A stretch of DNA of 64,000 nt from positions 1,641-65,640 of the forward strand of contig CBDFNQ010000035.1 in assembly GCA_965250225.1 (NCBI GenBank). Reading direction: 5' to 3'. Below are positions 53,265 through 64,000 of the stretch, one piece after another (within the stretch, counting starts at the first letter, position 1; each line of letters starts with the position of its first letter). A program made the translations under genes and the position numbers. This DNA comes from Gammaproteobacteria bacterium (GTDB lineage Bacteria; Pseudomonadota; Gammaproteobacteria; Eutrophobiales; Eutrophobiaceae). The notes under the pieces are model-generated. The model saw nothing but the letters and a program-made list of their open reading frames with translations. It did not search any database and was not told the DNA's origin.

Positions 53265-55403
53265 CTACTGACTATTTTTATTAATGAATTGAATTAAGTT
53301 TTCATTTTCAAGTGGTGGTGAAATCTCATCGCCCTGTACATAATCGCAGCCTAGATCTTGTATTCTTTCATGCTGTTCTTTGCTATCAACTTTACCAACA
53401 ATGACGTGTATCCCAAGTGCATGAATGAAATCGATTTGTGATTTCGTGTAGTGCAGATCATTGCTGTTTTCCAAAGCTGAGATGTTATTCAATTGTACTG
53501 AGTTTAATGGAATAGCAATTAGTTCCTCACTTGCTGGCAATCCCGGTTTATCCACCGAGATAATAAATTCGATATTCTGTTTGTTTAGTGTATGAATAGC
53601 ATTTATATTTTTTTTAGATAACGAATTAATAGCATTTGCAGGGATTTTGATTAAAAATTTAAATTTGTTGTATTTGCTAGGCACTAATAATTGTTCAATC
53701 TGGCTCAGGAAATCATCCGTAAATATTTTTTCACCAAAAAATTGGATAACGATACATAAATCCTGTTTCACATCGGTTCGTGTTGCCCAGGACTGGATTT
53801 GATTAATGGTTGTTGTTGTTATCCATTGATTTAATTCGGAGACGATTTTATCATCCGCTTCAATCGGCGAAAAGGCGTCAGACGAAATTGTCCCTCTTCT
53901 GGGGTGGTTCCAAAATAGTTGTATTTCCAGGCCGGTAATAGTATTTTCTTTCAGAGAAGACACAGGCTGATAATGCAGTAATAATTCATTATTCTGTAGT
54001 GCATAACGGATTTCATTTTCCATTCTGTCCAGCGCATACATCCTGGCATTTATTTCTTGATCAAAAATCTCATAACGAGAACCACCGAGGGACTTAGCAC
54101 GACTTAATGCAGTATGTGTGTCCTGAATGACCGTTTTGCTATTTTTTAGTTTGCCTGAACAAATGGAGGCACCGATACTAACTGTCAAATAAGTTTCTGT
54201 ATTATCGATTATTATGGGTGCCAGTAATTCATGACGAATATTCTTTATTATTTTTTTAACAGTGTCGACTGAGTCAATATATTCTAAAAGTATTCCAAAT
54301 TCTCCATCATCGAACAGACTTAGTGAGTCAACAGGTTTGATTGTTTTACTAAGTCTCTCAGTTACATCGAGGATGATTCTTTCTATGATATCGGCAGAGT
54401 ATCTTTCTTGAAGTTTATTAAAACGATCAATATAAACAATTAATAGGGCGAATTTATGATCTGCGATAGTGTTGGTTTTTGTGATGGCCAGGTCTATTCG
54501 ATCCATAAATAAGTATTTTTGTGGGAGCTTTGTTTTAGTCTTATAAAGAATATTATTAATATCGCGAATGTTATTTCTTTTATAATCCGTGACATCGACT
54601 ATGAGGCCTTCGATACTCAGTAATTCGCCATTACTGGAAAAATTACCTCTACCGCGTTCCCATACCCATTTTTCGTTGCCGTTGCGAGTTCTGATACGGT
54701 AATTTATTTCGTATGGTCGATCTTCTGCTAATGCAGATTGGACGTTAGCCCATACAAGTTCCCGGTCGTTTGGATTAATCAAACTGCCGAAAGTGAGTGT
54801 TTTATTCACCATATCGGATGGATGATAACCCGTCAGATCAAGACAGCCATCACTGACGAACTCCATTGTCCAATCGCGATCATTTCGGCCTCGATACACC
54901 AGTCCACATAAGTTGTTTATTAATGTGGATAATGTACGGAAGGTTGCCTGGTGCAATCCATATTCACGTACACGTTCGGTTATATTCGAAACTACACCTG
55001 AAATATGAATTGAATTATCATCACCTGTAGAAAAACGATTAGCGCGCATATTTACCCAGCAAAGACTTTCATCTGCAGTCAGAAAACGAATTCTGATCGA
55101 AGATGACTGTGAATTATTTTTATAAATTTCCTGAATAAAATTAATGCATTGCTCTCTATCATCCGGATGGATATAACGGATATAGTCCGTGTGTAACGTT
55201 TCAGTAATAGAGAACCCGGTGAGTTCCTCCCACTCGGTGTTAAGGTAGATCCATTTCCCATCCGTATTGAGCTGGAAGATGGTCTGGTTTAGCCCATTTA
55301 TAAGTTCAGACAGATCTTTGTCATTGTATAATGCAGCGGTGCCTTCATCAGAATCGCTTATATCACCAACAGCATGCATTAATTTTTTATATAACATGTT
55401 CAT
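53265..55403 (-). CDS. Cytoplasmic PAS-PAS-GGDEF-EAL protein with degenerate catalytic motifs
   Basis: There are two PAS-like regions (WIYLNTEWEELTGF; EKWVWERGRGNF). The GGDEF position reads DDGEF. The EAL position reads EIQLFW, with no DDFGTGYS and with GKVD in place of EGVE. Confidence 0.8.
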   Translation of the reverse strand: MNMLYKKLMHAVGDISDSDEGTAALYNDKDLSELINGLNQTIFQLNTDGKWIYLNTEWEELTGFSITETLHTDYIRYIHPDDREQCINFIQEIYKNNSQSSSIRIRFLTADESLCWVNMRANRFSTGDDNSIHISGVVSNITERVREYGLHQATFRTLSTLINNLCGLVYRGRNDRDWTMEFVSDGCLDLTGYHPSDMVNKTLTFGSLINPNDRELVWANVQSALAEDRPYEINYRIRTRNGNEKWVWERGRGNFSSNGELLSIEGLIVDVTDYKRNNIRDINNILYKTKTKLPQKYLFMDRIDLAITKTNTIADHKFALLIVYIDRFNKLQERYSADIIERIILDVTERLSKTIKPVDSLSLFDDGEFGILLEYIDSVDTVKKIIKNIRHELLAPIIIDNTETYLTVSIGASICSGKLKNSKTVIQDTHTALSRAKSLGGSRYEIFDQEINARMYALDRMENEIRYALQNNELLLHYQPVSSLKENTITGLEIQLFWNHPRRGTISSDAFSPIEADDKIVSELNQWITTTTINQIQSWATRTDVKQDLCIVIQFFGEKIFTDDFLSQIEQLLVPSKYNKFKFLIKIPANAINSLSKKNINAIHTLNKQNIEFIISVDKPGLPASEELIAIPLNSVQLNNISALENSNDLHYTKSQIDFIHALGIHVIVGKVDSKEQHERIQDLGCDYVQGDEISPPLENENLIQFINKNSQ

Positions 55404-55405
55404 TG

Positions 55406-56062
55406 TTAATCATCTTTACCGCCATGTTCAATAGCCCATAGAGCAGCTTCCAGGCGCGAGCTCAGGTTTAATTTTCTCAACATATTTTTTACATGAACCT
55501 TGACTGTTCCTTCAGTGATCCCCAGAGTTCTCGCGACTAATTTGTTGCTCATTCCTTTAACAATGAGTTTTATAATTTCTGTTTCACGTTCGGATAGCAT
55601 GTTGAAATCGGAAGGCGTCTGTCGCTTGTTCTCACGGATGGAGTTGGTTAGCAGGCTTGTCATGGCATCATCAATAACGACTTCACCGTTTATTGCGTTC
55701 CTGAGTTTAGCAATAATAATTTCTGGTTCTGTATCTTTGAGAAGATATCCATCAGCACCGTTTTGAAGGGCATGAATAAATTGTTCTTCAGTATCAGAAA
55801 CGGTTAGTATTATATTTATTGATTCGATATCGATTTCTTTTAAAGCGCGCAATACCTGATTACCATCCATACCTTTCATGTTCAAATCGATTAATATGAG
55901 ATCAGGTTTGAGTTGCGAGACTAACTCAAGACCATCCTTGCCATTGTTTGATTCGCCAATAACTTCAAAGTCGAGCTGACCATTTAAAAGTTCTGTCACA
56001 CCTTTGCGGAACAAGGGATGATCATCAATAATGAAAACGCTGCAACAGTTTTGTGTGGTCAA
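55406..56062 (-). CDS. NarL/FixJ-family response regulator
   Basis: The receiver domain has IIDDHPLF...LILIDLNMKGMDG. The GerE HTH is LSERETEIIKLIVKGMSNKLVARTLGITEGTVKVHVKNMLRKL. Confidence 0.85.
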   Translation of the reverse strand: MTTQNCCSVFIIDDHPLFRKGVTELLNGQLDFEVIGESNNGKDGLELVSQLKPDLILIDLNMKGMDGNQVLRALKEIDIESINIILTVSDTEEQFIHALQNGADGYLLKDTEPEIIIAKLRNAINGEVVIDDAMTSLLTNSIRENKRQTPSDFNMLSERETEIIKLIVKGMSNKLVARTLGITEGTVKVHVKNMLRKLNLSSRLEAALWAIEHGGKDD

Positions 56063-56092
56063 TGATTTATACTCGTTAATAAAAGTTTAATG

Positions 56093-57856
56093 TTATATAG
56101 TTTGTTTGCCAGCCTGAAATAATATCGTGAGGCAGGCACCGCCACCGGGACGTTCTGTTAAGTTTATATCCCCACCAATAGTATGGGCTCTTTCCTGCAT
56201 AATGATAATACCAAAATGTTGTTCTGGGTTAGAGATATCTGGTATTCCAATGCCATCGTCTTCTACAGAGGCTTTTACCTGGCCTTGTTCAGTGTAAAGA
56301 ATGGAAATCAAGGCAAATTTGGCGCGAGAATGACGAACTACATTGGATAAGGATTCACGTATAATATGTAGTAACTGGGTTTCCTCTGTTACTGATAATA
56401 CATCTGCGGGCAATCTGTTATCAATATCGAATGCGATGCCACTACGTTTTGAGAACTCTTCTACAGAGTCGTTTAATGCCTGAGAAAAATCCTTTCCACC
56501 CATGGTTAATCGGAAAGTTGAAATAAGTTCTCTTAAATGGCGATACGCAATATTCAGATTCATTCGCAAATCCTGCATCATCGCATCAATTTCCATGGCT
56601 TTGCCCAAACCTTGCATATCACTAGCAGTAAGTATGTTTTGTAGTCTGCTAGACTGTATTTTTAAATAGGAAAGAGATTGAGCCAGGGAATCATGAAGTT
56701 CTCTTGCGATTGTTGCACGTTCTTGAAATTGAGCTTTTCGCAGTTTTAAACGTGCCAGTTGTACACTTGAAATAATATTGGAAAGGCGTTCAGAACGTTC
56801 CTTTAGGTTTGATACCACAACATCTGACATGTTAGATCTGTTTGGTATTTTTATCACAAGAAATGCAAGATCCTGTACTCTTTTATTTAAACATACACAG
56901 ATAAATTTGAATTTAGGTCGTTGCTTGTCTTCGTAAAACTCCATTATTTCATTACTTTCTTCAACTTCAATTGCCTCGGGTAGTATCTGAAAAGGTACGA
57001 TATCAGACCAGATTTCATCGTTTGGATCAGTGCATGCCAACAGGACTAATTGAGTGGCAGAATGAGGAGTAATAAAAATTGCGCTCGATTTGGCGTTTGT
57101 CAGTTCTTCTATTTCATTCAAAAGTAGAAAAAATGGTTCAGTTGAATCAGGCTCTTTAACCAACTGGATGAGTGCCTTATTGGCGATATTAAGTGAATTT
57201 GAACGGGTTAAATCATGGCTAACCTGGTTGATACTTTGCAATGCGAGAGCTTTATGAGTAAATAAATTTTTTAAAGAACCAAATAGAAGATAACTGAGTA
57301 TTAATAACAAAAAAATAGAAACACCAAACAAGACGTTGCTATTTAACAACATCGATACATGGCTGGTATTAAACTGCTCAGCCAGTTCTTCAAGTCCATC
57401 ACTTAGGAGAGTTAATTGCTTGTTGAGATGTCTGTATTCTGATGTGTTCTCTAATGCAGAGCTCTCGTTAGACATTATATTAATGTGAGGCAACAGTTCA
57501 GACTGCCATAAAACGATGAGCTCCTCATATTTCTGTTGAGGTGCATTGAATGACAGGAGGAAACGACGTTTCTCTGTTAAATTTATGCTATCCAGGCGTT
57601 TTTGAAATGATTGGACTGACTCAGTTAATAGTGGTCGGGACTTATCATTGAAATGCTCATGAGTAAATAAATCATGGATTAGACGTTCACAGCTGGAACT
57701 TGCTGCATGAAGCTGTTTTTGAATTAATAGATTTAAAGCGTTTGTTTGTGTCACCCGCCAGCCACTAACCAGTGTACAGAAAAGAATAAACACCATTGCA
57801 AAAATCAATGTATTTTTGTTCGTTAGGGTCTTTCGCAAAGAGCTTGATAGCATCAT
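56093..57856 (-). CDS. NarX/NarQ-type (HisKA_3) membrane sensor histidine kinase
   Basis: Two TM segments flank a ~150-aa periplasmic domain, followed by a central GAF-like region. The H-box is ARELHDSLAQSLSYLKIQ. The ATPase domain has EDDGIGI and PGGGACLTI. Confidence 0.8.
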   Translation of the reverse strand: MMLSSSLRKTLTNKNTLIFAMVFILFCTLVSGWRVTQTNALNLLIQKQLHAASSSCERLIHDLFTHEHFNDKSRPLLTESVQSFQKRLDSINLTEKRRFLLSFNAPQQKYEELIVLWQSELLPHINIMSNESSALENTSEYRHLNKQLTLLSDGLEELAEQFNTSHVSMLLNSNVLFGVSIFLLLILSYLLFGSLKNLFTHKALALQSINQVSHDLTRSNSLNIANKALIQLVKEPDSTEPFFLLLNEIEELTNAKSSAIFITPHSATQLVLLACTDPNDEIWSDIVPFQILPEAIEVEESNEIMEFYEDKQRPKFKFICVCLNKRVQDLAFLVIKIPNRSNMSDVVVSNLKERSERLSNIISSVQLARLKLRKAQFQERATIARELHDSLAQSLSYLKIQSSRLQNILTASDMQGLGKAMEIDAMMQDLRMNLNIAYRHLRELISTFRLTMGGKDFSQALNDSVEEFSKRSGIAFDIDNRLPADVLSVTEETQLLHIIRESLSNVVRHSRAKFALISILYTEQGQVKASVEDDGIGIPDISNPEQHFGIIIMQERAHTIGGDINLTERPGGGACLTILFQAGKQTI

Positions 57857-58420
57857 TGATACATTGTTGTATTGAATATGTTGTAAATAAATTGAGTAGG
57901 CAATTTTATCGTAATTAGAACCGTGATTTTTACTCGATCAAGAAAAATAATTAATTATTGTATGATTTATTTTCACTGTAGTCTGCTATTTACAATCTGG
58001 TCAGAAGGAAACATAATGGAGTAATATCAATGTAACCCATTGATCTGAATATAGTTAGCTGCAGTGGATATGTTTTAAAGCCTATCTATTTGTCTACTAC
58101 TAAAGTGTTATTACTCTCAGGGGATTGACGTTTTTGCTTAGACGGTGAAAAATCCCTATACAGTATAGAGGTTTATCTAGATATTATGGTGTTTCTAAAA
58201 TAGAGATTTAGAGAAGATAGACCAAAAGGCGATGATGGCTGAAGGGCATCAAACCAGTGAAGATTTTTCGGGGCTCTATTGCAGTATTATATTTCGTCCA
58301 AATTAATCGATCTATCAATTTTTTATGCTGTTTAGTTGCTTGTAATACATAGGTTCTGCCTATAATATCGCTTTTTTTTAAACAAATTCACAAATATCTG
58401 GGGAACGGGAGAGAAGAATT

Positions 58421-59197
58421 ATGAAGAAATTATCAGCATTATTTATTGCTGGCTCAATGTTAATGGGAAATATGGGGAGTGTCATGGCTGAAGATGATGG
58501 GGGCATACTTGCCGCTGGAAATTTCAGTGCAACAATGACATTCACATCTGATTATGTATTCCGTGGCACAACCTTCAGTGATGAAGATCCTGCCCTTCAA
58601 GGTAGCTTTGATTGGGGCTATGGAGCTTGGTTTGCTGGAGCCTGGGGATCAAGTACTAACGCAACTGACGGTAATGGTTTAGGTGGAACCCTTGAAATCG
58701 ATTATTACGCTGGTTGGGCTGATTCAGTCGGTGGTTTTGATTTAATGGTCATGCCTCTGGTTTATACCTTCCCAGGTCAGGAAGATTCTGATCCGAGAGA
58801 TGACTTTACTTTCGAACTGTGGACCTCTATCGGTCGTGGTATTGGTAATTTCCCTGGCGCGCCTTATGTCAATCTGGAATTCAATTATTCTCCAGAATTT
58901 TTTGATGGCGGTGATGATGCTTACTATATCAGACCTTCTATTGCGTTTACCTTACCTGGGGATTTCGGTCTTGATATTGGTTACGGTTATCAGGATGTTG
59001 GTGGTGTAGCCTCAGCAACAAACAAAGGTAATGAGTTTTTCGCTGATGATTATTCACACGTTGATGTAGGTTTGACTAAATCGGCATTAGGTTTCGATTT
59101 TGATCTTAGGTACCATGATAATTTCGATGAAGATGTTATTGGTGCAGAATTTGCCTCGGAAAGCCAAATTCAAATATCAGTATCACGTAGTTTCTAA
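58421..59197 (+). CDS. TorF-family (TIGR02001 / Gcw_chp-like) putative outer-membrane porin
   Basis: Signal peptide ...GSVMA-EDD. TSDYVFRGTTFSD near the N-terminus is characteristic of this family. The protein is beta-strand rich and ends in C-terminal SRSF. Confidence 0.6.
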   Translation: MKKLSALFIAGSMLMGNMGSVMAEDDGGILAAGNFSATMTFTSDYVFRGTTFSDEDPALQGSFDWGYGAWFAGAWGSSTNATDGNGLGGTLEIDYYAGWADSVGGFDLMVMPLVYTFPGQEDSDPRDDFTFELWTSIGRGIGNFPGAPYVNLEFNYSPEFFDGGDDAYYIRPSIAFTLPGDFGLDIGYGYQDVGGVASATNKGNEFFADDYSHVDVGLTKSALGFDFDLRYHDNFDEDVIGAEFASESQIQISVSRSF

Positions 59198-59223
59198 GCT
59201 TTCATAAGATAGGGACACAAAAA

Positions 59224-59250
59224 ACGGCTCTTTAGGGGGCCGTTTTTTTT
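59224..59250 (+). terminator. Rho-independent terminator after the porin gene
   Basis: The stem ACGGCTC / GGGCCGT (59224-59230 / 59237-59243) is followed by T8. Confidence 0.7.
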
Positions 59251-59375
59251 AACTTTTTTCCGTTGCGTAAATGGTTAAACTGATGGGTGACAGGGTAGAT
59301 AATTTTAATCGGATACCGGACTATGATCTGTGCAAAGATGATAACAATTCATCACAGTAGTTAATTTTATCGCAA

Positions 59376-61124
59376 GTGAACCAGGATCCCTCAAACGCTT
59401 CTACATCATCAAAATCTTTTCCACATCGGCAGATATTTTTTCTTTCAATTCTCTCAGGTGCCGCTGTTGCTACGATAGTACTACCTTCTGAATTAGTCTT
59501 ATTATCAGAGGCTGTTGCACCCATTTCAAAAATTGTTTCCATACTCAGGCTGCTAATGATCCCGCTTATTGCCTTACTTGTGTATTTACTATTAATGGAA
59601 CGATATCGAGTTCGGCAACTTCTTTTTAATGCCGATCGTCTTGAGACCTTACTTATAAACCTGCCTGGCATGGCATATCGATGCTTTAACCGTAAAGACT
59701 GGCCAATGGAATTTGTTAGCGAAGGATGTTATGCCTTATCTGGTTATGATCGCAGTGACCTCGAAAAACAACGCGTCCTATGGGGCAGATTGACCCACCC
59801 TGACGAAATTGAGCCTGTTGAGAATAGCATTCTGGATGCGGTAGCGAAAGGCAAGCCGTTTGAAGTTGAATACCGGATCATCACGCGTGACGGTGAAGAG
59901 AAATGGGTATGGGAACGTGGGCGTGCAGTTGATTCAAAAGGTGGAGATGAAGTTATTCTTGAAGGATTTATTACTGATATTACTGATCGTAAATTAGCAG
60001 AAACTGCATTGGTGCAGGCGGAAGCTTATGCAAAGGCAGTGGTGGACACTGCTGTAGAAGCGGTAATAACGATTGATGAATCCGGCAGTATAGAAACCTT
60101 TAATCTGGCGGCACAACAAATGTTTGGTTATACCCTGGAAGAAATAATCGGCGAGAATATTCTCTATTTGCTACCCGAATCTTACCATGAAGAATACGAA
60201 CTATTCATTGCACACTACCTGAAAACCAATGAATCACAAATGATTGGTATGGGTCATGAAGTGACAGGAAAACGTAAAGATAATTTGGAGTTCCCTATCC
60301 ACTTATCTGTGAGTGAAGTCGCTAATCAGAGCGAACCTAAATATGTCGGTCTGATTCGGGATCTTTCCATGCAACGTGCAGCAGAAAAGGAAGTGAGGGA
60401 ACAACGTGAGCAGTTGGCCCATGTTGATCGTCTTAATACTCTTGGTGAGATGGCGACCGTAATTGCCCATGAAATTAATCAGCCACTTACTGCGATCTCG
60501 ATGTATGCGCAATCGGGTTTGCGATTTCTGAATGTTGACAAACCAAAGCTTGGGCGGCTTCGTGATGCCCTTGGAAAACTCAATGTTCAAGCTCATCGTG
60601 CTGGTTCTGTTATTGAACGGGTACAACAACTATCGAGGCAACATGAAAGTCATAGCGAAGAGGTTGATTGTAATGTATTGATTAGAGACGTACATAAACT
60701 TGCCGAAGTTGAAGCACACAATCATGATATTGTGATTACACTTAAATTATCTCGTTTATTACCGATGGTAGTCTGTGACTCTGTACAAATTCAGCAAGTC
60801 GTGTTGAACCTGTTGAGAAATGGCATGGAATCAATGAAGAGTGCTGGATGCAAAAATGGTAATCATATTGTGTTACACACCAATCGCACGGCAGAAGGGG
60901 TGAAGCTCTCGATTATTGACAGCGGCAGTGGCATCTCTGATGACGTTGTAGATTTGCTATACCGACCGTTTTCGTCAACAAAAGACCAGGGGATGGGAAT
61001 GGGACTATCGATTAGCCGTTCGATTGTGAGAGCGCATGGTGGGCAACTGGAATTTATTCATAATAAAAGTGGTGGTGTGACATTTTATTTTACTTTACCT
61101 TATGCACCATCAAAGAAGATATGA
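59376..61124 (+). CDS. Membrane PAS-PAS sensor histidine kinase (FixL-like class)
   Basis: GTG start and two N-terminal TM segments. The PAS blocks are GMAYRCFNRKDWPMEFVSEGC...EKWVWERGRAV and AVITIDESGSIETFN. The H-box is AHEINQPLTAI. The ATPase domain has DSGSGI and GMGMGLSISRSIV. Confidence 0.8.
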   Translation: MNQDPSNASTSSKSFPHRQIFFLSILSGAAVATIVLPSELVLLSEAVAPISKIVSILRLLMIPLIALLVYLLLMERYRVRQLLFNADRLETLLINLPGMAYRCFNRKDWPMEFVSEGCYALSGYDRSDLEKQRVLWGRLTHPDEIEPVENSILDAVAKGKPFEVEYRIITRDGEEKWVWERGRAVDSKGGDEVILEGFITDITDRKLAETALVQAEAYAKAVVDTAVEAVITIDESGSIETFNLAAQQMFGYTLEEIIGENILYLLPESYHEEYELFIAHYLKTNESQMIGMGHEVTGKRKDNLEFPIHLSVSEVANQSEPKYVGLIRDLSMQRAAEKEVREQREQLAHVDRLNTLGEMATVIAHEINQPLTAISMYAQSGLRFLNVDKPKLGRLRDALGKLNVQAHRAGSVIERVQQLSRQHESHSEEVDCNVLIRDVHKLAEVEAHNHDIVITLKLSRLLPMVVCDSVQIQQVVLNLLRNGMESMKSAGCKNGNHIVLHTNRTAEGVKLSIIDSGSGISDDVVDLLYRPFSSTKDQGMGMGLSISRSIVRAHGGQLEFIHNKSGGVTFYFTLPYAPSKKI

Positions 61125-61741
61125 TTAAGACAGAACAACAGGTATACATTATTGATGATGATGAAGCAGTCAGGGACTCAATGAGTATGCTATTGGAAAC
61201 CGTGGACTTGCCACATCAATGTTTTTCATCTGCTGTAGAATTTTTTGATCGATATGATGGTACGCAACGTGGATGCCTGGTTTTGGATATTCGTATGCCC
61301 GGAATGAATGGTCTTGAGCTTCAAAAAAAGTTGAAAGAGAAAGAAGCCTTACTACCTATTATTTTTATTACCGGGCATGGCGATGTCCCCATGGCCGTTG
61401 AAGCAATGCGAAATGGTGCGTTGGATTTTATTCGCAAACCTATTCGAGAACAGGATTTACTGGATCGAATTCAGGAGGCTATGGACTATGAAGCGGGCAT
61501 TCGAAATATCATGGTCGACCACGAGCAAATGATAAAAAAACTGGCAACGTTGACGACAAGAGAAAGGGAGGTGTTCGAACGGGTTGCTGACGGGTCTGCA
61601 AACAAGGTGATAGGTCTGGACCTTGGCATTTCTGAACGAACTGTTGAAGTACATCGCTCTCAGGTTATGAAAAAGCTTGGGGTACGTTCGTTGGCGCAGT
61701 TGGTTAAAATCAAAATTGATATCGAAAAACCAATACAATAA
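61121..61741 (+). CDS. FixJ-type response regulator
   Basis: The receiver domain has YIIDDDEAVRDS...LVLDIRMPGMNGLEL...ITGHGDV. The GerE HTH is LTTREREVFERVADGSANKVIGLDLGISERTVEVHRSQVMKKL. It overlaps the kinase stop by 4 nt. Confidence 0.85.
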   Translation: MIKTEQQVYIIDDDEAVRDSMSMLLETVDLPHQCFSSAVEFFDRYDGTQRGCLVLDIRMPGMNGLELQKKLKEKEALLPIIFITGHGDVPMAVEAMRNGALDFIRKPIREQDLLDRIQEAMDYEAGIRNIMVDHEQMIKKLATLTTREREVFERVADGSANKVIGLDLGISERTVEVHRSQVMKKLGVRSLAQLVKIKIDIEKPIQ

Positions 61742-61907
61742 TCCTATAGAGGTACTTAGAAAGTAGTATTCATTTATTGGTACGTGTAATCCCCAATATT
61801 TCCTCATCACCGTTGATGTGATACTTGTATATGACAAATCAATTTGAGACTCTGCAGTTTTTTTCTTAACAAGAAAGACGAGTGAAGCAAATTATTACAA
61901 CATTTAA

Positions 61908-64000
<2,093 letters not shown>

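Overview
This window reads as a chromosomal segment from a low-to-moderate GC gammaproteobacterium-like methylotroph. That taxon guess rests only on gene content and composition. It is dominated by a methylated-amine catabolic island.

Recognisable pathway parts:
- The 5' two-thirds of trimethylamine dehydrogenase (tmd) runs off the right edge and is therefore absent from the supplied ORF track.
- A FixL/FixJ-like two-component pair and a TorF-family porin lie next to tmd.
- A heme-dependent dimethylamine monooxygenase/N-demethylase cluster (dmmDABC) is followed by a truncated hemoglobin.
- There are two divergent N-methylglutamate-synthase sets (mgsABC-like).
- One gamma-glutamylmethylamide synthetase (gmaS) is destroyed by four frameshifts. 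A second, divergent glutamine-synthetase-like gene sits behind a DAO-family flavoprotein.
- A soxBDAG-type N-methylglutamate dehydrogenase (mgdABCD) is present.
- A divergent Amt transporter is present.
- C1 and electron handling is covered by etfAB, folD, a GFA-family protein and NAD-linked formate dehydrogenase.

The rest is housekeeping or accessory genes (def, CBS, HAD, two class-I amidotransferases, a MocR regulator with a molybdoenzyme) plus c-di-GMP and two-component signalling genes.

I found no rRNA, tRNA, CRISPR array, intact transposase, prophage or recognisable defence system.

Items most worth a second look:
- the duplicated, partly decayed NMG module and the Puu-like flavoprotein/GS pair
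- a 237-bp element with terminal inverted repeats inside the mgsB-mgsC spacer
- a solo LuxR gene inside the other mgs operon
- two very long perfect inverted repeats (41 bp and 26 bp arms)
- a roughly 200-bp direct repeat (small HTH gene plus a frameshifted copy) bracketing a 5-kb porin/c-di-GMP module
- a (GATTGT)5 microsatellite encoding (Asp-Cys)5 in etfA

All functional calls come from my reading of the translated ORFs, motifs and synteny. No database search was run.
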